Shown here: positions 38,098-50,385 of the stretch, piece by piece | Numbering within the stretch: position 1 is the first letter of the stretch | How the letters are laid out: every line of letters begins with the position of its first letter | From: Gammaproteobacteria bacterium | GTDB lineage: Bacteria > Pseudomonadota > Gammaproteobacteria > GCA-001735895 | Direction of reading: 5' to 3' | NCBI GenBank assembly: GCA_024232855.1 | Contig: JAAEPH010000312.1 | Span: 1,091 to 65,090, forward strand | DNA: 64,000 bases | Made by a program: the position numbers and the translations under genes | The notes under the pieces: model-generated | What the model saw: only the letters and a program-made list of their open reading frames with translations | The model's database searches: none | What the model was told of the DNA's origin: nothing

Positions 38098-40527
38098 ATG
38101 AAGACCTGCAAAAAAATCATCACCCTCGGCCTGCTGTTACTGTTCGCTTACACGCCGCAGTCACCGGCCCAGGAAGACGAGTTGCTGCCGCCCGAAGAGG
38201 CCTTCAGCCTGAGCGCCTGGATCGACGGCGATAAACTCGTTGCCGAATACCGGATTGCGCCCGGGTACTACATGTATCGCCAACGCTTCGACTTTCAAAT
38301 CGAGGCCGGTGATGCACCGGCGCGCTTCGATGTCGCCCAAATACCCGATGGTAAGATCAAGAACGACGAATTTTTCGGTGAAATGGAAATTTATCGCGAT
38401 AGCGTCAGAATCCTGTTGCCCATCATTTTCGAAGCGGCACCGGCGAACCGGCTTGAGATCAGGGCGACCAGCCAGGGATGTGCTGATATCGGGGTCTGCT
38501 ATCCGCCGCTGAAACAGTCGCTGGCGATGGATTTGACGTCGACCGCGAAGGTCTTGCCGACCGCCTGGGTGGCGAGCGACACGGCCGCTGCAACCCCTGC
38601 TGCCGAAGTCGCCATGTTGCAATCACTGCTCGCCGAAGTTACCACCAACCTCGACAACAGGCAGAAACAATCGACCATCAGCAGCACCGGCGGTGATAAC
38701 AATGCGCTCGCGGCGTTACAGGCACTTGGCCAGGACCTGGGACTCGACGCCGAGGATGAAATTCTGCACCCGGACCAGGCCTTCATTCTCACGGCGCGTC
38801 TCGACGCCAATAACATCGTGCGCACCAATATATTGATGGCTGACGCTATATACCTGTATCGCGACAAGATCAAGATCGCAAAGATCAGCGGTGACGGTCA
38901 CAGCCTCGGCGCCATCTCGGTTCCCAGGGGCAAGCCGAAGGACGACGAGTTCTTGGGGCCGACCGAAGTGATCTATGGACAGCTCGACCTCGCAATCCCG
39001 TTGATCTCGGAGGCCAACGCCAGCGACCGCATCGTCCTCTCCTACGACTACCAGGGCTGCGTGGAAGACCGCATTTGCTACCCGCCGATTACCAGGTATC
39101 TGAGCATCGACGCGAGCGAAGGCCTGATCCAGGTAGTCGATCAGGTCGATGCACCGAATGACAGGCCCATCGACGCTTCTCTGGACCCGGCTGGCCCGAC
39201 CCAGGAGCCAATTTCGGAACAGGATCAGTTCACCTCTTTCTTAAAGGACAAAAGCCTGCTGGTCGTGATCGGCCTGTTTTTTCTCGCCGGTATCGGCCTG
39301 ACCTTTACGCCCTGCGTTTTTCCAATGATCCCCATCCTGTCCAGTATCATCGCCGGCCAGGGCGAATCGATCACCACCGCCAGGGCCTTCGTGCTGTCAC
39401 TGGTTTACGTGCTCGCGATGGCGATCACCTACGCGATCGCGGGCGCCATCGCGGGTTACTACGGCAATGAATTCAACATCCAGATCTGGTTCCAGGATCC
39501 GATCATCCTGAGCGCGTTCGCCGCTATATTCGTATTGCTGGCGCTGTCGATGTTCGGCTTCTACGACCTGCAGATTCCGAACGCGATCCAGTCGCGCTTG
39601 ACCGCAATCAGCAACAGCCAGCAAGGCGGCACCCTGATCGGTGTCGGACTGATGGGCGTTTTCTCGGCGATCATCGTCGGCCCCTGTATTACCGCGCCGC
39701 TGGTTGGCGCGCTGTTTTACATTACCCAGACCCAGGACTGGCAACTGGGCGGACTGGCGCTGTTCGCCCTGGGGATGGGTATGGGAATGCCGCTACTGCT
39801 CATCGGAACCTCGGCGGGAAATATTCTACCGCGCGCCGGCGCCTGGATGGATGCCGTCAAGTCCGCCTTTGGCATTGTCCTGCTCGGCGTTGCGATCTGG
39901 TTGCTGGAACGCATCCTGCCCACCGCCGTGACCATGGCATTGATCGCGGCGCTGCTGATTTCCTCGGCGATCTACATGGGCGCGCTCGACTCGTTGAGCG
40001 AGGCTGCCTCCGGCTGGCGTCGCCTGTTCAAATCACTGGGGCTGCTGGTTCTCATCTATGGTATCGCCTACCTGATCGGCGCCGCCGCGGGCAGCAACGA
40101 CCTGATCCAGCCGTTGCGCGGTATCACCTCATCGCTGGGTGGTTCCGGCCAGGCCGAGCAACATCTCGCGTTTCGACAGATCAAGGGGAAGCAGGGACTG
40201 CGGCTGGCCTTGCAGGATTCAAGCCGTCAGGGCCGCAACACCATGCTCGATTTTTACGCGGACTGGTGTATCTCCTGCAAGGAAATGGAAAAATATGCGT
40301 TCAGCCACGCCGATGTGTTGAACGCGCTGGCGAAAGTTTCCACCCTGCAGGCGGACGTCACCGACAACGACAGCATCGACATCGAACTGATGAGTTCGCT
40401 CGGCATCTACGGCCCGCCGGCGATCCTCTTCTTCGATGCCGACGGGCGTGAAATTCGCAACCGCCGCGTAGTCGGCGAGATGTCGGGCGAGCAATTTGCC
40501 GCGCACGTAAACGCCACCTTTCAGTGA
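38098..40527 (+). CDS. dsbD: Thiol:disulfide interchange protein DsbD with a tandem-duplicated N-terminal (alpha) domain
   Basis: Two nDsbD-like modules, each with GYY(M/L)YR...DEF(F/L)G..E(I/V)Y...YQGC.....CYPP. The first carries CADIGVCYPP and the second CVEDRICYPP. Then a TM core with CVFPMIP and a C-terminal thioredoxin with WCISCKEME. 809 aa, compared with about 565 for canonical DsbD. Confidence 0.85.
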   Translation: MKTCKKIITLGLLLLFAYTPQSPAQEDELLPPEEAFSLSAWIDGDKLVAEYRIAPGYYMYRQRFDFQIEAGDAPARFDVAQIPDGKIKNDEFFGEMEIYRDSVRILLPIIFEAAPANRLEIRATSQGCADIGVCYPPLKQSLAMDLTSTAKVLPTAWVASDTAAATPAAEVAMLQSLLAEVTTNLDNRQKQSTISSTGGDNNALAALQALGQDLGLDAEDEILHPDQAFILTARLDANNIVRTNILMADAIYLYRDKIKIAKISGDGHSLGAISVPRGKPKDDEFLGPTEVIYGQLDLAIPLISEANASDRIVLSYDYQGCVEDRICYPPITRYLSIDASEGLIQVVDQVDAPNDRPIDASLDPAGPTQEPISEQDQFTSFLKDKSLLVVIGLFFLAGIGLTFTPCVFPMIPILSSIIAGQGESITTARAFVLSLVYVLAMAITYAIAGAIAGYYGNEFNIQIWFQDPIILSAFAAIFVLLALSMFGFYDLQIPNAIQSRLTAISNSQQGGTLIGVGLMGVFSAIIVGPCITAPLVGALFYITQTQDWQLGGLALFALGMGMGMPLLLIGTSAGNILPRAGAWMDAVKSAFGIVLLGVAIWLLERILPTAVTMALIAALLISSAIYMGALDSLSEAASGWRRLFKSLGLLVLIYGIAYLIGAAAGSNDLIQPLRGITSSLGGSGQAEQHLAFRQIKGKQGLRLALQDSSRQGRNTMLDFYADWCISCKEMEKYAFSHADVLNALAKVSTLQADVTDNDSIDIELMSSLGIYGPPAILFFDADGREIRNRRVVGEMSGEQFAAHVNATFQ

Positions 40528-41060
40528 ATCGTAACTTTCTGCTACTCGGCACCGTCGGCCTGGTTTCGCTGCTCGCCGGCGTACTCCTGTTCAAGCTGAC
40601 CCAGCCCGGCCCGGAAGAGCGGTCGGCAAAGAATCCGGCCACGCAAGTCGAACTACACTCGATACCGCTGATCGACCTGGACGGTAGAGAAACCCGTCTG
40701 GCTGACTGGCAAACGGATCTTCTGATCGTCAATTTCTGGGCGCCCTGGTGTGCGCCGTGCAGGCGCGAAATTCCATCCCTGATCGAAATACACCGGGACT
40801 ACGCGGCCCGTGGCGTAGGCGTTCTCGGCATTGCATTTGACGAGGAGACCCAGGTGCGCCGTTTTGCCGACGAATACCGCATCGACTACCCGTTGTTTCT
40901 GTCTGGATATGGCAGCGCCAGGTACAACGCGGCATTCGACAACCCCAGTGGCGGCCTGCCGTATACGGCCATACTCGGTCGCGACCAACGCATCCTGTTT
41001 CAACACAATGGCGAACTGACATTGCAACAGTTGCAGCAGCAACTCGAGGCCTTGCTATAA
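40524..41060 (+). CDS. TlpA-family periplasmic thiol:disulfide oxidoreductase (intact)
   Basis: Membrane anchor plus FWAPWCAPCRRE. Overlaps the dsbD stop. Confidence 0.85.
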   Translation: MNRNFLLLGTVGLVSLLAGVLLFKLTQPGPEERSAKNPATQVELHSIPLIDLDGRETRLADWQTDLLIVNFWAPWCAPCRREIPSLIEIHRDYAARGVGVLGIAFDEETQVRRFADEYRIDYPLFLSGYGSARYNAAFDNPSGGLPYTAILGRDQRILFQHNGELTLQQLQQQLEALL

Positions 41061-41196
41061 GTCATTGAGCCGCTTGATATCAAATTTTCTGTCGTCAACT
41101 TCGCCAATCTGGTGCTTATCGCGCTAAAACTGGACTCTATCTGGTCGATATGTGAAAATCTCAGCATCTCTTGATCGAGGCGTCGAAACCACTCAA

Positions 41197-41646
41197 ATGA
41201 CTAATATCCAGGTCATACATGGCCCCAACCTGAACCTGCTGGGTACGCGCGAGCCCGAGTTCTACGGCGCCGATACGCTCGCCACCATCAACCAGGAACT
41301 AGCGCAGATGGCCGAACAGAATGCGGTGCAACTGCAGACCTTTCAGTCAAACGTTGAGGGTGAAATCGTCAGCTGCATTCAGCAGGCCGCGGCGAAAGAT
41401 ATCGACTTCGTGATTATAAACCCTGCGGCATATACCCATACCAGCGTCGCCATCCGCGATGCCTTTCTGGCAACAAGGATACCGTTCATCGAGACCCACC
41501 TGTCAAACGTATACGCGCGCGAGGAGTTCAGAATGCATTCCTACCTGTCCGATATCGCGCTTGGCGTTATCAGTGGCTTCGGCAAGAACAGTTATATGCT
41601 CGCTTTCGAGGCCGCCATCATCCATTGCAAACAAACCAGTAAATAG
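41197..41646 (+). CDS. aroQ: 3-dehydroquinate dehydratase, type II
   Basis: [18 protein letters not shown]...HLSN motifs. Start at Met16 of ORF 41152..41646. Confidence 0.92.
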   Translation: MTNIQVIHGPNLNLLGTREPEFYGADTLATINQELAQMAEQNAVQLQTFQSNVEGEIVSCIQQAAAKDIDFVIINPAAYTHTSVAIRDAFLATRIPFIETHLSNVYAREEFRMHSYLSDIALGVISGFGKNSYMLAFEAAIIHCKQTSK

Positions 41647-41658
41647 AGAACCGAATAA

Positions 41659-42087
41659 ATGGATATTCGCAAGATAAAGAAATTGATCGAATTACTCGAA
41701 GAATCCGGGATCGCCGAGCTGGAAATTAAAGAGGGCGAGGAATCGGTAAGAATCAGTCGCCAGCCATCCGCGATCGTGCAGACGATGGCGCCTGTCGCCG
41801 CACCCCTTGCAGCGCCACTGGTTGCCGCGGCCGAAGTTGCCGAACCCGAGCATGGACACCAGGTCAAATCACCGATGGTGGGGACTTTTTATAGCGCGGC
41901 CTCGCCGACCTCGGGTCCGTTTGTCATCCAGGGCCAACAGGTCAGCGTCGGCGATACGCTGTGCATCATCGAAGCCATGAAAATGATGAATCAGATCGAA
42001 GCGGACAAGGCCGGCAAGATAAGTTCAATCCTGATAGAAGATGGTAGCCCGGTCGAGTTTGACCAGGTACTGTTCATCATCGAGTAA
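41659..42087 (+). CDS. accB: Biotin carboxyl carrier protein of acetyl-CoA carboxylase
   Basis: Biotinyl-lysine motif EAMKMMN and an Ala/Pro-rich linker. Confidence 0.92.
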   Translation: MDIRKIKKLIELLEESGIAELEIKEGEESVRISRQPSAIVQTMAPVAAPLAAPLVAAAEVAEPEHGHQVKSPMVGTFYSAASPTSGPFVIQGQQVSVGDTLCIIEAMKMMNQIEADKAGKISSILIEDGSPVEFDQVLFIIE

Positions 42088-42093
42088 ACTGCC

Positions 42094-43437
42094 GTGTTAG
42101 AAAAAATCGTCATTGCCAACCGCGGCGAAATTGCGTTGCGAGTCCTGCGCGCATGCCGTGAGATGGACATAAAAACCGTCGCGGTGCATTCGACGGCGGA
42201 CCGCGACCTCAAGCACGTGCGCCTGGCCGATGAGTCGGTTTGCATCGGGCCTCCGTCGTCACTGGAGAGTTACCTGAACATTCCGGCGCTGATTTGCGCC
42301 GCCGAACTGACCAACGCCGACGGCATTCACCCGGGATACGGCTTTCTCTCCGAAAACGCGGAGTTTGCCGAACAGGTGGAGTCCAGCGGCTTCAAGTTTA
42401 TCGGGCCGAGCGCGGAAGCGATCCGCACCATGGGCGACAAGGTCGCCGCGATCCGGGCGATGAAAGACGCCGGCGTGCCCACGGTGCCGGGTTCGGATGG
42501 CCCCCTCGACGACGACAAGGAAAGGAATCTCGCCATGGGGCGCAAGATTGGTTACCCCGTCATCATCAAGGCGGCCGGTGGCGGTGGCGGACGCGGCATG
42601 CGCGTGGTGCACGCCGAGGGTAGCCTGTTGAATTCGATACAGTTAACCCGCTCCGAAGCAGCCGCCGCGTTTAACAACGACACGGTCTACATGGAGAAAT
42701 TTCTGGGTATGCCGCGACATATCGAGATCCAGGTTCTCGCCGATGCCCACGGCAACGCTATTCACCTCGCCGAACGCGACTGCTCGATGCAGCGCCGGCA
42801 TCAAAAAGTCGTGGAAGAGGCGCCGGCCCCCGGGATTACCGAAGAACAGCGCGGCCGCATTGGTGAGCGTTGTGCCGAAGCCTGCATCAAGATGGGCTAC
42901 GAAGGCGCCGGTACCTTCGAGTTTCTCTACGAGGACGGTGAGTTTTACTTTATCGAAATGAACACCCGGGTCCAGGTTGAGCATCCGGTAACCGAAATGA
43001 TCACCTGGGTGGACATCATCAAGGAACAGATCCTGATTGCCTCCGGCTATCCGCTGCGCCACAAGCAGCAAGACATCCAGGTGCACGGCCATGCGATCGA
43101 ATGCCGTATCAACGCCGAGGACCCCAGGACATTCTTACCCTCGCCGGGAAAAATCACGCTCTATCACGCGCCGGGGGGACCGGGCGTGCGCATGGACTCG
43201 CATATATACAACGGTTACACGGTGCCACCATATTACGATTCCATGATCGGCAAATTGATCACCTATGGAAGTTCACGTGAAACCGCCATCGCGCGCATGA
43301 ACGGAGCGCTCTCCGAAATCATCATCGAGGGCATCAAAACCAATATCGACCTGCAAATAGATATCCTCAGCGATGGTAATTTTGCCGCGGGTGGAACCGA
43401 TATACATTACCTGGAAAAGAAACTCGGCATCGATTAG
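42094..43437 (+). CDS. accC: Biotin carboxylase subunit of acetyl-CoA carboxylase
   Basis: ATP-grasp biotin carboxylase with canonical sequence throughout, 447 aa. Confidence 0.96.
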   Translation: MLEKIVIANRGEIALRVLRACREMDIKTVAVHSTADRDLKHVRLADESVCIGPPSSLESYLNIPALICAAELTNADGIHPGYGFLSENAEFAEQVESSGFKFIGPSAEAIRTMGDKVAAIRAMKDAGVPTVPGSDGPLDDDKERNLAMGRKIGYPVIIKAAGGGGGRGMRVVHAEGSLLNSIQLTRSEAAAAFNNDTVYMEKFLGMPRHIEIQVLADAHGNAIHLAERDCSMQRRHQKVVEEAPAPGITEEQRGRIGERCAEACIKMGYEGAGTFEFLYEDGEFYFIEMNTRVQVEHPVTEMITWVDIIKEQILIASGYPLRHKQQDIQVHGHAIECRINAEDPRTFLPSPGKITLYHAPGGPGVRMDSHIYNGYTVPPYYDSMIGKLITYGSSRETAIARMNGALSEIIIEGIKTNIDLQIDILSDGNFAAGGTDIHYLEKKLGID

Positions 43438-43480
43438 CCATTCTCGCGATGAACTTAAACCAGGGAACCCCGAATTTATG

Positions 43481-43690
43481 GGTCATTGCGAGGACGATGT
43501 ACCGGGAAGTACCGCTCCGGCGCCCCGGAGTGCCGCGAGAGGCCGGATGCCGGGAGCGGCCCGCCAGCGACGCGGCAATCTCCGAGGAACTGCTCTCAGG
43601 CTGGAAAGATTGCTTCGCTCGAGGGCAGGATGCCCGAGTGCCGGGAGCGCGGGCCGGCCTGCAATGACTGCGCTTAAGCCGCAATGACCG
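43481..43690. repeat. MITE-like dispersed repeat, family C, copy 2 (gtcattgcg ... cgcaatgac ends)
   Basis: See copy 1 at 34157-34385. The two spurious ORFs 43486..43677 and 33965..34288 both translate to LEGRMPECR..RGP.CND because of this shared repeat. Confidence 0.55.
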
Positions 43691-43703
43691 TGCTTCGTTC
43701 GCG

Positions 43704-44585
43704 ATGACATGGCGACAACTCAGCCTCAGCTGCCAGGCATCGGAGCTCGAACAGGTCGAAGACCTGATGCTGGAACTCGGCGCGCTCAGTATCTCGCTGT
43801 GCGACGCCGGCGACGAACCGATATATGAACCGTTACCGGGCGATAACCCGGTCTGGCAGGAGTCAATCGTCACCGCCACCTTCAGCGAGAATTGTGACCA
43901 CGAATCACTGGCGCGGTTACTGGCGGCCCGCCTGCCCCAGCACCTTGCCGCCACCGTCACAGGCGACAGTTTTCACGACCAGGACTGGATCCAGGCTTAC
44001 CGGCGACACTTCAAACCGCTGCAGGTGGCGCCGGACCTGTGGATAGTGCCGAGCTGGTTGGACCCGCCCGACCCACGGGCGACGAATATTCGTCTCGACC
44101 CCGGACTCGCCTTTGGCACCGGTAGCCACCCGACAACCGCCCAATGCCTGGCATGGCTTGCGACACAGAACCTCGACGACCTCGCCGTAATCGATTTCGG
44201 TTGCGGCTCGGGAATTCTCGCCATCGCGGCGATCAAGCTGGGCGCGCGCCAGGTGCTGGCGGTTGATATCGACGAACTGGCGCTCGGCGCCTGCAAATCC
44301 AACATGGCGGTTAACGCAGTCGACACAGAGCAGATACGGGTCAGCCTGCCCACAAGCGCCGATACTGACGCCGTCGACCTGCTGCTTGCCAATATCCTCG
44401 CCGGACCGCTGCTGGACCTGGCCGAACGTTTTGCCGGTCTGGTCAAACCGGGAGGTAAAATTTTACTGTCCGGAATACTGCAATCACAGTTAAACAATAT
44501 ACAATCGGCCTATAGTAATTATTTTAAACTTGATCCCGCCAGTTGCCGTGATGGTTGGGTCTGCATCAGCGGTAGCCGGCTCTGA
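43704..44585 (+). CDS. prmA: Ribosomal protein L11 methyltransferase
   Basis: Class I SAM methyltransferase with VIDFGCGSGILAI. Conserved PrmA N-terminus. Confidence 0.9.
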   Translation: MTWRQLSLSCQASELEQVEDLMLELGALSISLCDAGDEPIYEPLPGDNPVWQESIVTATFSENCDHESLARLLAARLPQHLAATVTGDSFHDQDWIQAYRRHFKPLQVAPDLWIVPSWLDPPDPRATNIRLDPGLAFGTGSHPTTAQCLAWLATQNLDDLAVIDFGCGSGILAIAAIKLGARQVLAVDIDELALGACKSNMAVNAVDTEQIRVSLPTSADTDAVDLLLANILAGPLLDLAERFAGLVKPGGKILLSGILQSQLNNIQSAYSNYFKLDPASCRDGWVCISGSRL

Positions 44586-44595
44586 CAGGAGATTC

Positions 44596-45396
44596 ATGTT
44601 TAGCAGCACTCATTTGGGCGATATCATGGAAACCAGCTGCAATCAGTGCAAAAGTCGTTTCCGCCTCACCGAAAAACAGTTGCAGCAGGCCTATGGCCAG
44701 GTCCGTTGCGGCGAGTGCGGTGCCGTGTTCAATGCGCTGCTCGCCCTCAAAAACTATGACGGGGAACTGCCGCCTGGCTATCTCGACCAGCGATTCAAGG
44801 AGTCGCAACTGCAAGACAGCGAAGGCCTGTTGCCTGACGAACGTCTCGAGTCTGATAACGATGCCGAGGACACTCGCAATCTCAGCCTGCACGAAGCCAT
44901 GTATGGTTCCGATCGCCGCTCGTTTTTTTCCGCCGGTCCGCTAACCTGGTTTATCGGCATATTGTTGCTGGCCGCGGTCGGGATTGCCCAGGCAATTTAC
45001 TATAAACGCTATCAACTTATCGAGAACCCGCGCTACCAGCAGCAGGTGATCAATCTGTGCCAGATGCTACCCTGTGTCGAGTCGGAATTTTCCAGCACGG
45101 AGCAAATGCGCCTGCTCGAGCGCAACATCTTTACTCACCCGGTGGCATCCAATGCCTTGATGGTGACCGGCTCCTTTGTCAACCAGGCGCCCTTTGCGCA
45201 GAAAATGCCCGAGTTGCTGATCAGCCTGTTCGACGTTCACGGCAAACTCATTGCGAATCGCATTTTTCGCGCACCCGAGTACCTGCTCGAAGACAGGAAT
45301 CGTGCCTTCGTAGCACCACAGATGCCGATTCAGTTTCGACTTGAGATCGTCGATCCGGGCACCGATGCACTGACCTACGAGTTCGAATTTTTTTGA
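44596..45396 (+). CDS. Zinc-ribbon plus DUF3426-type membrane protein
   Basis: CNQCKSRFRL...VRCGECGAVFNA zinc ribbon, then one TM helix and a C-terminal domain. Start at Met23 with an aggag RBS; Met33 is also possible. Confidence 0.6.
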   Translation: MFSSTHLGDIMETSCNQCKSRFRLTEKQLQQAYGQVRCGECGAVFNALLALKNYDGELPPGYLDQRFKESQLQDSEGLLPDERLESDNDAEDTRNLSLHEAMYGSDRRSFFSAGPLTWFIGILLLAAVGIAQAIYYKRYQLIENPRYQQQVINLCQMLPCVESEFSSTEQMRLLERNIFTHPVASNALMVTGSFVNQAPFAQKMPELLISLFDVHGKLIANRIFRAPEYLLEDRNRAFVAPQMPIQFRLEIVDPGTDALTYEFEFF

Positions 45397-45686
45397 TTGT
45401 AGCGCCCCTTTTATACGAATAAGTCACATTTATGGCGGCATCGAAATATGCTGGTTTCTGCGCCATCAAACTCGGAGTATATTGCAGCCGGCCGGACTTG
45501 CCTGCGGGTAGCTGGTAGTTGCTAATCGAGCAGCGCCATTACGTCGCTTTTTCACGATCATAAACTATAGTTTCCGAAGTTGAACATAAATCACCTAACT
45601 AGTTGCTTTTTTAATGATTAATCCGCATATCTCGCTATTTTACGTAGCGAGGGCGCCTGCAACCAGGGACTGAGCAGCGCTCGAAC

Positions 45687-47468
45687 ATGAATATTATTTA
45701 CCAGTTACAGAAGTTTCTGCCGTTCCTGCGCTGGGGCAGAAATATGACGCGCGACAGTTTACGCGCTGACGCCGTTGCCGGACTCACCGGCGCCGCCATC
45801 GTGTTGCCGCAGGGCGTCGCTTTCGCCGCGATCGCCGGCATGCCCCCCGAGTACGGCCTCTACACCAGCATGGTGCCGGCCATCATCGCTGCGCTGTTCG
45901 GTTCCTCCTGGCACCTTGTCTCGGGGCCGACCACGGCGGCCTCGATCATCATGTTCGCCTCCCTCAGCGGCATGGCCGCTCCGGGCAGCGAACAATACGT
46001 GGCGCTCGCGATTACGCTGGCCTTCATGGTTGGCGTGCTGCAACTGGTGATGGGTCTGGTGCGGCTGGGGGCCCTGGTCAATTTCATATCGCATTCGGTT
46101 GTCGTCGGATTTACCGCCGGCGCCGCCTGCCTGATCGCCGCCAAGCAGGCAAAGGACTTTCTTGGCATCGAGATTCCCGAAGGCGGCCACTTGCTCAACT
46201 CACTCGAGTATCTGTGGCAGAACTGGGAGCAATTACACCCGCTGGTGATGCTGGTTGGCGCGGTTACCCTGCTCACGGGCATCCTCGCGCAACGACGCTT
46301 CGGCGGCATGAGCATGATCGCGGCGCTGATTGCCGGAAGCCTGGTCGCCGCCATGTTCAACCTGGCGTTCGGCGAAGAAATCTCCGGAATTAAAATGATA
46401 GGCGCCCTGCCGCAGCAGTTACCCCCCCTGTCCATGCCGCAGTTTACGCTCGATACCTTTCGACAACTGTCGCCGCTGGCGCTGACCCTGACCCTGTTCG
46501 CGTTGACCGAGGCAATTTCCATCGCGCGCTCGATTTCGCTGAAATCGGGGCAACCGGTCGCCGGCAACCAGGAATTCATCGGCCAGGGGCTGTCCAATAT
46601 CCTCGGCAGCTTTTTTTCTTCCTACGTGGCAACCGGTTCGTTCAACCGCAGCGGCGCAAACTACGACGCCGGCGCACGCACACCGCTGGCGGCGGCGCTT
46701 GCCGGGGTACTGCTGATCGCCCTCGTCATGCTGGTGGCGCCGTTGACTTCCTACCTGCCGAAGGCGGCGGTTTCGGGCCTGCTGTTCCTGGTCGCATGGC
46801 GGCTGATCAACTTCAAGCAAATCCTCAACATACTGCGCGCCGATCAAAACGAGGCCTTTATCCTTGGCCTGGTCTTTTTTGGCACGGTGTTTTTCTCGAT
46901 CGAGTTCGCTATCCTCGCAGGCGTCATCTTGTCGCTGATGATATTCCTGCGCAAGACCTCGCACCCGAGACTGTCGCCGCGCGTGCCCGACCCGGAGGCA
47001 AAGACGCGCAAGTTCGTCTACGGCCAGTTTCTGCCCGAATGCCCGCAACTCAAGATACTGCGCCTCGACGATTCACTTTACTTCGGCTCGGTCGCGCATG
47101 TCGGCGAGATACTGCGCCGCTACCGCGAACACTACCCCGAACAAAAGAACCTGTTTTTGCTGACCAAGGGTATCAGCCAGGTCGATATCGCCGGCTGTGA
47201 GTTGTTGCTCAACGAGACCCGCGAACGCCGCGCCATCGGCGGTGACATTTACCTCTATCGCCTGCGCGATACCGCCGCCAAGGTGTTCAATCGGGGCGGT
47301 TACAAGGATGAAATCGGCGAAGCCAATATCTTCGACGCCAAGGAAGAAGCGATTCCGGCCATTTTCGAAAGACTGGACAAGGATATCTGCGCCACCTGCG
47401 AAAACCGTATCTTTCTCGAATGCAGAAAGATCGAGAAAAAACAGGCAGAGCCGGGCTACGTCATATGA
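45687..47468 (+). CDS. SulP-family anion transporter with C-terminal STAS domain
   Basis: SulP TM core (…AGLTGAAIVLPQGVAFAAIAG…) plus a C-terminal STAS-like region. Confidence 0.85.
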   Translation: MNIIYQLQKFLPFLRWGRNMTRDSLRADAVAGLTGAAIVLPQGVAFAAIAGMPPEYGLYTSMVPAIIAALFGSSWHLVSGPTTAASIIMFASLSGMAAPGSEQYVALAITLAFMVGVLQLVMGLVRLGALVNFISHSVVVGFTAGAACLIAAKQAKDFLGIEIPEGGHLLNSLEYLWQNWEQLHPLVMLVGAVTLLTGILAQRRFGGMSMIAALIAGSLVAAMFNLAFGEEISGIKMIGALPQQLPPLSMPQFTLDTFRQLSPLALTLTLFALTEAISIARSISLKSGQPVAGNQEFIGQGLSNILGSFFSSYVATGSFNRSGANYDAGARTPLAAALAGVLLIALVMLVAPLTSYLPKAAVSGLLFLVAWRLINFKQILNILRADQNEAFILGLVFFGTVFFSIEFAILAGVILSLMIFLRKTSHPRLSPRVPDPEAKTRKFVYGQFLPECPQLKILRLDDSLYFGSVAHVGEILRRYREHYPEQKNLFLLTKGISQVDIAGCELLLNETRERRAIGGDIYLYRLRDTAAKVFNRGGYKDEIGEANIFDAKEEAIPAIFERLDKDICATCENRIFLECRKIEKKQAEPGYVI

Positions 47469-48460
47469 CCTTCGCAATTGGTCCTTACCGCTTCCACAAC
47501 CGGCTCGCGCTCGCCCCCATGGCCGGGGTGACCGATCGACCCTTTCGCCAGCTCTGCCGGCAGCTCGGCGCCGCTATGACGGTGTCCGAAATGATCGGCA
47601 GTCGGCCCGACCTGCGCAATAGCCGCAAAACCCGCCTGCGCATGGATCACGAAGGTGAACCGGGGCCGGTCATCGTGCAGATTGCCGGCGGCGTAGCGCA
47701 GCACATGGCGCAGGCAGCGATCTTCAATGTCGAAAATGGCGCGCAGATCATCGATATCAACATGGGTTGCCCGGCGAAAAAGGTCTGCAGGGTCGACGCG
47801 GGATCGGCGTTGCTGAAAGATCGCGTTCTGGTGGAGTCGATATTACGCGCCGTGGTCGGCGCGGTCACGGTGCCGGTTACCCTCAAGATCCGCACCGGGT
47901 GGTCACGCAGCGATAAAAACGCGCCTGAAATCGCGCGTATTGCCGAGGCCAGCGGAATCCAGGCGCTGACCATCCATGGCCGCACCCGCGAGGACCGCTT
48001 CCTCGGCTCCGCCGAGTACGAAACCATTCGCCGGGTCAAACGCGATGTTCAAATCCCGGTAATCGCAAACGGAGACATCGATTCGGTCAAAAAAGCAAAA
48101 ATGGTCATGGACTTCACAGCTGCGGATGCTATTATGGTCGGCCGTATTGCGCAGCAGCGTCCGTGGATATTCGGCCAGATTGAACACTATCTGAGCACTG
48201 GCGAAACGCCTGGGGAACCCGCGGACGAATTAAAACAGGCATGGCTTGTTAGCCATTTAAAAAATCTATATGCGTTCTACGGTGAGCATCAGGGGGTGCA
48301 GATCGCGCGTAAGCATATAAATTGGCAACTGACTCGCAAGCCGGGTTATTCTGTCGTCAAGCCACTGCTAATGCAGGCAAGTACGGCGGTGCAGCAGCTG
48401 GATACGATCGAAGCTTACTTTAACGACTGCCACCAGAAGAGCTACGACCTGGCGTACTGA
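47465..48460 (+). CDS. dusB: tRNA-dihydrouridine synthase B
   Basis: MTFAIGPYRF..LAPMAGVTDRPFR. Start at Met16 of ORF 47420..48460, with an ATGA overlap on the sulP stop. Followed by fis, as in E. coli. Confidence 0.92.
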   Translation: MTFAIGPYRFHNRLALAPMAGVTDRPFRQLCRQLGAAMTVSEMIGSRPDLRNSRKTRLRMDHEGEPGPVIVQIAGGVAQHMAQAAIFNVENGAQIIDINMGCPAKKVCRVDAGSALLKDRVLVESILRAVVGAVTVPVTLKIRTGWSRSDKNAPEIARIAEASGIQALTIHGRTREDRFLGSAEYETIRRVKRDVQIPVIANGDIDSVKKAKMVMDFTAADAIMVGRIAQQRPWIFGQIEHYLSTGETPGEPADELKQAWLVSHLKNLYAFYGEHQGVQIARKHINWQLTRKPGYSVVKPLLMQASTAVQQLDTIEAYFNDCHQKSYDLAY

Positions 48461-48507
48461 CAAGCGCCAGCGGCCCAACATGGTTAGAGCCAACATGGTT
48501 AGAGAGT

Positions 48508-48756
48508 GTGGCAAAGAAGAAAAATACAAGTCTGTTACAGCAATCTGTAGAAAGTGCGATCCGAAAATATCTGGATGATCTCGACGGCGAACTACCCTGC
48601 AACCTGTTTGACACCGTGATTTCCGAAATAGAGCAGCCGATGCTGAAGATCGTGCTCCGGCACTGCGATAACAACCAGTCGCGAACCGCTTCCTGTCTTG
48701 GCATCAATCGCGGTACCCTGCGTAAAAAACTTAAGCAATACCATATCGAACCTTAA
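48508..48756 (+). CDS. fis: DNA-binding protein Fis
   Basis: 82 aa with the C-terminal HTH ...TASCLGINRGTLRKKLKQY. Confidence 0.93.
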   Translation: MAKKKNTSLLQQSVESAIRKYLDDLDGELPCNLFDTVISEIEQPMLKIVLRHCDNNQSRTASCLGINRGTLRKKLKQYHIEP

Positions 48757-48812
48757 CCCGGTTTCGCAATCGGATATAATTTCGCCACTCTCAATACCAA
48801 CACGGATCTCTC

Positions 48813-50369
<1,557 letters not shown>

Positions 50370-50385
50370 CAACCGAGGGGTTCAG

